From: Bugula neritina
Lineage: Eukaryota > Animalia > Bryozoa
NCBI GenBank assembly: GCA_964035545.1
Contig: OZ037772.1
Span: 5,708,233-5,772,232 of the forward strand
Reading direction: 5' to 3'
DNA: 64,000 nucleotides
The position numbers were made by a program, and so were the translations under genes. Positions 54,515 through 64,000 of this stretch are shown one piece after another. Every line of letters starts with the position of its first letter. Position 1 is the stretch's first letter. Under the pieces are notes generated by a model. It saw nothing but the letters and a program-made list of their open reading frames with translations, was not told where the DNA came from and made no database searches.

Positions 54515-57500
54515 TCACAGTTGCGTCTCCTTATATTTTGGAAATGCAACTCTCAATTGCTCGTCTCCCCAGATTTCTTTTATGATAGCTGATGGATGTT
54601 TTTCCACTGCACCACACAAGAAATCTTTTGAATAAGATGGAGGCGCCCTAGTGCGTTGCCTACGCTCCAACTGCACTGGGGAATTTGCTATGACTGGTGA
54701 CTCTTTTACCACGGGTGATGTCGCCAGTATGGGGGGTCCACCAGTAAGGGTGGTCCTCCCCCAGCTGCCTTTTCCTCATGATTTTGAGGAATTTCCATCT
54801 TATCCGGGACGATGGGCCTGTCGACCGGCTCCACAGGTGGTGGGGCCGGCTCTGACAGGTCTTCTGGTGTGTAGGCCTCCTCCTCCTGGGGTGGAAGTGG
54901 CTGGGGCTGATCGGGCGGCGCGTCAGTCGCCCCGTCCTGATCTGGCAGTATCTCCTCAATCTCTCTATATGCCATTGGCCGCCCCCTCATAGGAGGGCGT
55001 CTAGCGGGCTCTAAGAGAGGAGGTGCTTGACCTGCCGCATCAGAACTCGCCCAGTGAGGTTTCAGCCGTGCCTTGTTCTGGATCGACACTTGTCCAAACC
55101 GTTCCACTTTATAGGTGTGATTTGGCATTACCTCAATTACGCAGTAGGGACCTACGAACTTCGGCTGCAACTTGGCTGCCTGTCCGCGCCGTCGGCGATG
55201 ACTGGTCATCCAGACCCAGTCTCCCACCTTATATAAGGGGGGCGTCGTCAGAGTGACCACTTCTGACCTGCCACTGCTGCTCACGTAGCACCTCGTGAGC
55301 CGTCCCTATGCGTTTTACGAGCTTGTCCACGTAATCGTGGACGTTGCTCTCGGGAGCCGGAACATGATAGGTTACGTGCTCAGGAACCCTGGTTTCTCTC
55401 CCCAGCATGAGAAAATTAGGGGTCTCCAGTGTACTGGAGTGAGGGGTACTACGGTACGCTCGCATGATCTGCGGCAGCACCAAGTCCCACTCTTCCTGGC
55501 TCCTACCGATAAGCAGGCTTCTCAGAGAGTCCCCTAGCATTCGGTTGTTCCGCTCCACAACCCCGTTCCCTTGCGGGTGATACGGGGTCATCCGACTCTG
55601 GTTTACCCCCCACATCTTACAGAGATCGCTCATAAGTCGCGACTGAAAGTGGGCGCCTTGATCAGAGTGTATCTGCTCCGACAAGCCGAAATAGCAAAAC
55701 ACCTGCTGATCCAAGGCTCTGGCCACCGAGGGGGCTGACGCATCTGGAATAGCCAGTGCATCAGCTCACCGCGTAAAATGGTCAGTTAATACCAGTATCC
55801 AGTTATTACCTCTCGCTGTTGTGGGCATGGGGCCTACCAGATCGACAGCAACTACCTGCCACGGACGACCGGCATAGAGGCGACGCCTCCCTGCGGTCTC
55901 AGTGGGGCGGCCATGCTTGCTAGCTTGGCACACCTCGCACTTGCGCACCCGGAGTCGGACATCCCGGGTCATACCGGGCCAAAACCATTGGAGTTGAAGA
56001 CACCTAGTTACCCGGCTAGCTCCCGCGTGAGCTTGCCTATGGTTGTCCCAGATCAACTCCCCCCTCAGAGCGGATGGGCAGACTACCCTCTCTCGTTCAC
56101 TGCGATTGGTGCCGACTGCCAACGTAATCGTTAGCAGCCCATCGCTGTTGAACCTGAAGGAGTTCCAGCGGTCACAGAACTACTTAAACTCTGCACTCTT
56201 CACTTGCTGTTCGGCCACACTCGGTCGCCGTCCCTTCTTCTTGGCCCGGACTAGGTCAGCTACCACCCCTGGTAGCGTAGCCTGGAGCCGACATAGCTCC
56301 CTGACGTTCCTGAGCAACGTCGGGTTTGCGTGAAGGTTGTTAACAGCTTCGTTAGGAGATTCGGACAAGAGTTGCCCTTTCTTCCCAGCTGTATACACCC
56401 GCTTTCCCCAACTGCGCTTCAACGTCCGAGCGAGGGGGTCCACCGTCCCTGTGCTCAATATTCTGGCACTGCTTACACCCATCTGCCTGGCGGCGGCTGA
56501 GTCCATCGGCATTACCGTGTTTCTTACCGGGTCGATGCTCGATCCGATAAGAAAACTCTGCCAGTATCTCTAGCCAGCGCGCTACTTGGCTTGAAGGTTC
56601 TGCCCGTCGACACAGCCATATCAAAGACGCATGATTCTTCCGCAGACGAAATGTGCGCCCATAAAGATATGGTCTAAAGTGTTTGACCGCCTTGACTACT
56701 GCCAAGAGTTGCCTCCTGGTTGTACAGTAGTTCTTCTCAGGCGCCGACAGGGCCTTGCTATAGTAAGCCACCACCACCTCGCGACCATCTTGGACCTGCA
56801 ATAGCACAGCCCCCACATTATGGTTATTGGCATCAGTATCCAAAATGTACTCCTTTGCAGGGTCAGGATACGCCAAGATGAGTGCTTCCACTAGGCGATC
56901 CTTCAGGTGGTCAAATGCCTTCTGCTCGGCGTGCGTCCACTGCCATCGCACCCCTTTTGCTGTCAGCCGATTTAACGGCTGTGCAATTTCGGCGAAGTCT
57001 GGTATGTACTGACGATAGTACCCTACCAATCCCAGGAATGCCTGCAATTCAGGGAGGTCGACAGGGACAGCCCAGTCCCTCACAGCCCTCACCTTCTCGG
57101 GGTCGGTGGCGACCCCGTCTCGACCAACTACATGGCCCAGGTACTAAACCTCGCGTTGCAATAATGCACACTTAGAGGGCTTGAGCTTCAGACCCGCAGC
57201 TCGAAGCCTGTCAAACACCTCCCTGAGTCGACTGACATGTGTGTCGAAGTCGGGGGAGATGACAATGACATCATCGAGATAGATGAGCAACGTCTTCCAG
57301 TGTAGCCCACTCAGGACCTGCTCCATGAGTCGCTGGAAGGTGGCCGGTGCGGACGTAAGTCTGAATGGCAACACCTTCCATTTCCAGAGCCCATCCTGCG
57401 TTATAAACGCGGCCTTGTCCTGTGCTTCAGGACTCAGGGGCACCTGCCAATACCCGCTTAGCAAGTCCAACGTGCTGAAGAACTTGCTACCAGTTAAGGC

Positions 57501-58634
57501 ATCGAGCGACTCATCGATCCTAGGGAGAGGGTAAGCGTCCTGGATGGTCACGCTGTTCAGCCTGCGATAGTCAACGCAAAACCTCCAGCTACCATCCTTT
57601 TTCCGAACCAGGACGACTGGAGAACTTCAGGCCCCATGGCCTGGCTCAATCAGGTCCCGGTTTAGAAGGTCTTGCAGCTGACGGCTCACTTCTCTCTCCT
57701 TCTCAGGACCTAACCGGCGGGTCGGCTGCCGAATGGGCGCCGTCCCTGCCGCCAGGGGTATCTCATGACAGACAGTCTTAGTCAGACCCATGTCATGGTC
57801 GCCGCAACTAAACACGTCCTTGTACTCAGAGAGTAGCCGCGCCATCACCAGGCATTCTCGCTTGCTCTCACAGCCGTCACAGGCATCCTCGTACAACTCC
57901 GCTACCTGTTCAGGCACCGGCCCCCTGCCGTCTCTAGTGGGTACCCCACGGGCTTCGTCCGCCGTCTCCAGCGCGGGCCCTACATCCTCCTCCTGTACGA
58001 AGTGAAACTTCCCCACTAGAGACCCAGCCGGCAATTCTACCGGCTCCGTGAAAGGGTTTACGCACTGGACTAGAAACTCCCCCCGCTCATCCAGCCTATT
58101 CAGACTGTTAGCGAGCTGGACGCCCCCCAGTGCACCTTCCACCACTCCTAACTCGGAGATTTCCCTACAGTTCACTCTGCAGCGAACTGTAGCCCGGGAG
58201 CGCCCAGGTACAGTGCAACGCTGTACCACCTGCACTCCCCCCACCAAGGGTCGGCCAAATCGGTCGACACGCCCGGCCATCACTACCGCCGACTTGTTAA
58301 AGTCGATGTAGCACCTGTGTCGCTTCAGAAATGGCATGTCCAAGATGGCGTCCTCCTTGAGTTGACTGACGATGAAGGTCTCACTGATCGTCTGATCACG
58401 GACTCTACCAGTCAACTGGATTGCCCCATAGAAAGGAATACACGGCCCAACCGCCAACGTGCCGTGTTCCCCTTCATATGGCTCTAGGCTAGCCCTGTCC
58501 ATGGCACTGAGAGTGTCAAATAGACGTCGACTCAGTAGATTTGTGGTGCACCCAATATCCAATAGGAATGTGACAGCTTTGCCAGCAAATTTGCCGGGGA
58601 GGAAATAGCTGCTTCCATATGACTGAGCGCTCAC
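54515..58634 (-). pseudogene. pol: Gypsy pol (protease, RT, RNase H, integrase), frameshifted
   Basis: FLLDIGC (protease site altered), [62 protein letters not shown], spread over several frames. Confidence 0.95.
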
Positions 58635-58959
58635 TGAGCGGTTCGTCTCTTAAGGCGACACCTCATGTGCATGGAGTTGGGGATGCACCTGTGCTTTTTG
58701 GTTGCAAGGGGGTCGTCGACGTTGCGTGGGCAGGCAGGTTACATCTCGGTCTCGCTCACACACGGGCGGCCGAGTGAATTCTCGGACTGATGCTCGTGTG
58801 GGCAACCGAGGAAAATCCCTGTTTTGCTCCCACTCGTCGTTCACTCCTTCATCAAGCAAACCTTCAAAGCGGTTTTTGAGTGCCCAAGCCGGAGGTTTTG
58901 GTGGGCCTTGCGGCCTGCTAACTCTCCTTGGGGCTTGCCACTCTGGCGAAGGCAGCCTC

Positions 58960-59903
58960 CTCACCCAGTGGGGTTTGGGCCTTGGCCTCTGCCTTGGGTG
59001 GTTAAACTGGGGCCTACGATTGGCGGAAGTTACTGTGGGCCGTTGCTGTTTAACTGTCTCCCATTACCGCGGAATCAACTTAGTATGAAGTGCCCACCAT
59101 TACCACAGCCCCAGCATACGGGGCGGCGCCTGTGGTCGACAGCTACCGACGACCTCCTGGGCCGCTCGGCTGTCGACTGCTGGCGCAGTTGCCTGATCTC
59201 GGCCAGCAGTTCCATGAATCAAGCTTGTGGTCAAGCTAGTCGATTCGTCTGCTGCTGCCGAGGCGACATGTACAGCTGTCTTCGCCGGCGACGTCGACAC
59301 GACATCGTCTGCTCCGACCTGCTGTATCGTCGCACCAGGTCGACTCGCACTGTCGGCTTGGAAATAGGCATTTCCAAGCCTTAGAGCTCTCTCCATAGTT
59401 TCAACTTCGGCCACCAGCAGATGCTGTTTCAGACCGAGGTTGTTAATAGACTGGAGGAATGCATCCAGTGCTAGGCTCTGTCGACTGTCGGCAGGCAAGT
59501 CGCTGTAGGCGACTTGTGCCAGTCGTTTGACTGCGGTAGCATGCTCTCGCAGGTTGGTCTTAGGATTTCTCCTAAGACTCTGCAGTTGCACGCGAGCATC
59601 TCGAGCAGTTAATCCAAACCGAGCTCGTAGTGCTTCAAATATGTCACCAACATTCTGGCTTATCCAATAAGGTTTAGCCGGCCCTGTCAGACATAACCGC
59701 AGCTGGATCAGAGTAACCCTATTCGGCCATCTGCAGATGTCCGCCACATCACTAAACTCAGTGATGAATTGCTCCACATCCTCTTCCCCTGAGAAGATGG
59801 GAGCCCGCAAGTGGTACCTGTTCATAGGCAGCGCTGGGCCGCCTATGTGATCCTCCTCTACTGCTGCTGGTCCCTGTCTGGGCGCGTCTTCCTCGTCGGC
59901 CAT
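58960..59903 (-). pseudogene. gag: Gypsy gag, frameshifted
   Basis: ORF 59903-59100 (APIFSGEEDVEQFITEF...); shifted zinc knuckle CWGCGNGGHFILS* with the last Cys position a stop. Confidence 0.85.
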
Positions 59904-59940
59904 CTTACTCCTTGGCTAGGAGCATATTTTGTATTAAGTG

Positions 59941-59960
59941 GAATCCCACCGCTGCCACCA
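59941..59960 (-). promoter_or_regulatory. Primer-binding site complementary to tRNA-Leu 3' end
   Basis: Minus strand TGGTGGCAGCGGTGGGATTC, 1 nt after the 5' LTR; plus strand GAATCCCACCGCTGCCACCA matches the known 3' end of animal tRNA-Leu(AAG-type) plus CCA. Confidence 0.9.
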
Positions 59961-59961
59961 C

Positions 59962-60380
59962 TGTAGTGAATTTTGCAATTCACTATATTATATGTGGGTC
60001 AACTTAAACAAAGCCACTACACCAGGTTGTTTACGCTAAGATAAGTGTATTTTTTACAAGATACAAGAAGTTTTATTTACTGCTAACATGAATAGAAACG
60101 ATTACATAATTAGTGAGCTTTATACACAACTACTCTAAATGAAGTTCCAAGCTGCTCTGCCTGGCTAGCTACTCAGCGCGCTTCCACTACGAGTAGCTAG
60201 CTTCACCTGCTATCAATTAGAATGTCAGTCCTGATTGGTCGTTACTAGTGGTGCCACTGTTGGCCATAGCTGCAAGTCGCAGGAGGTCGATGTAGTCGAA
60301 CTCCACTATAGCATACAATATAGAGTCGACCCTTTCGATATAATAACTAACAATAAATTGCACCACTGAAATCCATTACA
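59962..60380 (-). repeat. 5' LTR (419 bp)
   Basis: TGTAGT...TTACA, adjacent to the PBS. Confidence 0.95.
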
Positions 60381-61920
60381 ATATACATATTGCAGCACAC
60401 GCGAATGCAAATTTTTAAAAACCATGATGAAATGTTATGGAATGATGTAATACAAAATGAGTGAACAAGGTTTTCTTTATAACATCTATTCAGCTCTATT
60501 TGGGAGGATTGGCTTTTTTGGTTTGCCTGCTGCTCGGCATCCTGTCTGTGACATTTGAATAGACATATTTATATAAACAATTATAGACCCTTTTTCAGAG
60601 GTCCCTAATGTCCCCCCTGTTACAGTTAAGAGTTTTTGTCTCCCAAAATAAAATCTGTTTGGCATAATGGACTAATTTAACTCATTGTTGTAATATTAGT
60701 TTTTGAGCAATACTTAGTACCACTTTAACATTGCTTAGTAACTAAAACCAGATAAATGCTTTCAAGTTTATTTTGATCAAAATTGTCTATGAGAAATTAT
60801 TATAAAAAAAAGTGTTTATACCAAAATATCTATCTCCTAAAATGACATTTCTATTGTATATAATTCGACCTTCAAGTACCAGCCAAATGGTAAATTTTTA
60901 ATGAGTTTGCTCTTCATATACAAAAGTTCAACCTATTCACATTGAGAGGAAATAACTCTTAATTATAAAGAGGATATTGAAGACCTCTGAAACGTCAATA
61001 CGTGCAGCGAAATGGTCTAAATATGTTAAAACAAACAACTTAGCTTTATGCAGCTAATAAAACAGTAATAGACATGCATGTCACATATTTTGCATACTTG
61101 CTAATTATGAACTGTGTGTTAGTATAATTATGAAGATTGAAGGTCGGTACAAACTTACATTGTGTTATTATAATATATTTGGTGCTTAAAGTTTTGTGTT
61201 TTATAGTTTATAAAATGTACTTGATATTTTGCACCCACTATTATAATTTGCATTTTACACCCTATATAAATTCTATAAAACCTCATCCATGGGGTAATTT
61301 TACCTAATTTAATACACACTTGAAATCTCTAATTTTAGCTATTTCTTACAATTTAGCTGCTAATGAACATTGAATTTTTCCCAGAAATAGCAAAATAATA
61401 ATGAAGACACCTAAATAGTTTGTTTAATTCTGCTTGAATTCCCATGCTTTTTCCTAATTATTCAACTCCTTTTGATTGCGGACCATTACAAAAAAACGTA
61501 AGTTCTTTCATCTAATGCATGCAGTTGAAAAATATAAATATCTAAGATAAAGTTCCATGATTTGACCTGTGTAGTAAAATTTCTACAGTAAAATTTGGTA
61601 TAACGGCAAAGAATAAGCAAACGCTTCAAAAAAATCATGATTACCGAAATTAAATTTTGTACAGGTCAAAGTTGTACACAGCTGCAAAAAAAGTTGTAAA
61701 TAAAATAGTCATATGTTTGGAATTTTCATATAAACTAAAAGAGCTAGTCATTGTTCACTCAACACCTTGCCCAGGTTATTTCTTTCAAATGTTTGCCATA
61801 TTATAGTTGTTTTTTACTCTGTTATTAAATGTTATAAATAAATTATATATTAACAGTGACTGAGAAAACATAAAAATGTTTCTACTATCAATATATTTTA
61901 TCATCTATCTGTAAATGATA

Positions 61921-61924
<4 letters not shown>

Positions 61925-61972
<48 letters not shown>
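61925..61972. repeat. (TA)n microsatellite just downstream of lectin copy 4 stop
   Basis: Directly visible. Confidence 0.95.
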
Positions 61973-61976
<4 letters not shown>

Positions 61977-62046
61977 AATTATCTATAACTAAATTATGAT
62001 GAATACATTTTTTGCATTTAGCAACATAAAATAATTTACAAGAACT

Positions 62047-63804
62047 TTATTCCAAAGATTTGAGCCCATGAATCTCCAACTCATAGATATTGAGAAACTC
62101 ATTCACTTCAACAGCTGTTACTCTCACATATCTACCATACATTCTAGTACGACATGTAACCAGAAATATATCTGCAGGTTGTGGTTGTCCAGGAAGATAG
62201 TCACAGATCTCATCTTCTGGTAGATAATCAAAGTTAGTGTCAGTTTCACCAACTGTAACTCTCACATTAGCCAGTCTTCTAATAACCCCTTTAAAAAATT
62301 ATTGAATGCGGTTCAATGATCATCGACAAGTGCCTCAAACAAAATAATAAAAAAAAACTCAATGTCTTTTACTCCTTAACACATTTGTATTACTTATATT
62401 TGAAGGTTACTTTGTTACTAAGCCTAACACACATCTCAAACTGGCACGTTCTGTCATGCATGTTATGCCACATAACACGTGGTTACCTTTGGTCACATTT
62501 CACCGCCAAAGTAGCAGAAAAATACACACTCAAGTTTATAGTCGCTCTCCCTGTGAGAAACCCCTGATGGAAAAGGTTTTTGTTAAAGCAGGCTAAAGGG
62601 TTATTTAAATGAGGCGCAGGAGCAATTATGACTAGATGCTCTTCTTAACATCACCGTGCTTAGTATAATAAGGCAAATGCTCTATATTCCTCTAGACCAC
62701 AGCTGCTCTATGTGTCATGTTTGAAATGTGACATAAGTCAATTATGAAACATTCTCTCTGGGACCAGTCAGATGTGCCATATGCATCATATATCACTTGT
62801 CATGTGTCATGTGTCAAATAAGATGTGTCACATGACATATGTCATATTATATGACGTGTCATGTCACATGTGTCATAGTGGCCAATATAATATCCATTAC
62901 ACATGCCATATTTTTTATGTGTAATACTCATCTAAAAGTGACAAAAACTATTTTCTATTTCAATAATTTTAAGAAATTTATAGTTTTCTAATTCTTTAAC
63001 ACAGCAATTTTCGAGGAACCTGGATGTGGATTTTCAGATCTATTCCAGATTTTGACACCATACACAAAGTGATTGACTAAGAGATCAATCTGTATCCATG
63101 GAGACAGTTCCCATTTTGTGTGGGCCATGCTATCGCGCTCAGAAATATCCCATTGAGATGGAAGATAAATCCCATCAATAGCCTGACCACCGTCAAAGTT
63201 TCTAAGCTTAGTAGATAGAGCGACAGATTTTCCTGTAGTAAAAATTCATAGCAATAAACATTGACATCACTTTACATTTTTAATAAATTTTAAGAGTTTC
63301 AACTATAATTGTTAAAAAGCTTGAACTATATTCGCTAATATTTTTAGCTTTGGAAGTTTCAGGAATCATGCACGCCATACAGTATAACTAAATTAAACTT
63401 TTTAACACATTTTACTATTGTAGTAAACCAGTTTTTTAGCCTTTATCATATTCAAACTGTGAACTTTAAAGTTGAAGCAAATGTGTTTTTTTAAACACAT
63501 TCAGCAAACTGCATAAAACAAAAATTTTTCTCACCTCTAGCAAGCAACGTTGAGAACTCATAAATCTGAATGTCATCAGAGTGAATCTGTTTGACAGATG
63601 CTGTTATCTGAAGGTCAGTTGAGTTGTCAATCACACTTGGTGTTTCTGACATCTTGCAGGTGCTTGTAACTCTATCGTATGACACAGCAGCACATGACTG
63701 GTCAATTGCACAAACAGCCAAACAGTGCCTGTGAGTGGGAAGGTATTTCATCGTGTGCATTTCTAAGATGGATGAATAGTTTTGGTTGGTGTACACATCT
63801 ATTG
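62047..63804 (-). CDS. PAN/apple + F-type lectin paralog, copy 4 (exon 1 beyond window)
   Basis: Exons 63804-63535, 63232-63020, 62288-62047; all open, phase 1, homologous to copy 2. Confidence 0.88.
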
Positions 63805-64000
63805 CTACAACAGACATAGTCAATAATATGTATATTTAGTATTGACAATTTTTTAATAATCAGACAATTACTAGCTTGATATAGTAAAATATATTTTACT
63901 TTGACCCAGAGCAACAATTTGCAAAAAAAATTAGAAATTGATATGCAATATGACAAACCCGATTGTCCTTAAAAAAATTATAATTCTATGTTTTAGAATT

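Larger units (their letters stand above)
50418..60380 (-). mobile_element. Full-length, decayed Ty3/Gypsy LTR retrotransposon
   Basis: LTRs 50418-50835 and 59962-60380, both TG...CA; ATAT at 50414-50417 and 60381-60384; domain order gag-PR-RT-RH-INT. Confidence 0.97.

Noticed and set aside
54651-59384. Plus-strand ORFs across the Gypsy interior
   Set aside because: Antisense shadows of GC-rich gag/pol.
42104-63804. Exon-level mosaicism (gene conversion) among lectin paralogs
   Set aside because: Exon 4 of copy 4 is about equally distant from copies 2 and 3 by hand count; no clear signal without a formal recombination test.

Overview
AT-rich, intron-containing animal genomic DNA, probably an invertebrate (taxon not determinable from sequence alone). 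Genes: (i) the last two exons of a plus-strand NHL/beta-propeller-type gene (2435-3493); (ii) four minus-strand paralogs of a secreted signal peptide + PAN/apple + F-type (fuco)lectin gene with identical exon phasing. Copy 1 (5739-7349) is a pseudogene, copy 2 (42104-44246) is intact at 261 aa, copy 3 (46587-49559) has a stop possibly bypassed by a new splice donor, and copy 4 (62047-63804) runs off the window; (iii) a roughly 10-exon plus-strand IAP gene (three BIRs, two divergent, plus UBA and RING; 32989-39963) between lectin copy 1 and copies 2-4. Mobile DNA: a full-length but decayed Ty3/Gypsy element (50418-60380; tRNA-Leu PBS, ATAT TSD) carrying a nested CAC-terminated TIR element that has two more relatives at the window start, one interrupted by a MITE; a MITE inside a (TA)n array; an R4/Dong-like LINE in (TAA)n, within a multi-kb tract of 3/6-bp periodic simple sequence; and LINE/SINE fragments. 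The best candidate for an undescribed system is the diversifying PAN-F-type-lectin family with an altered sugar-binding motif, clustered with an atypical IAP. All gene models and identity counts are hand-derived.
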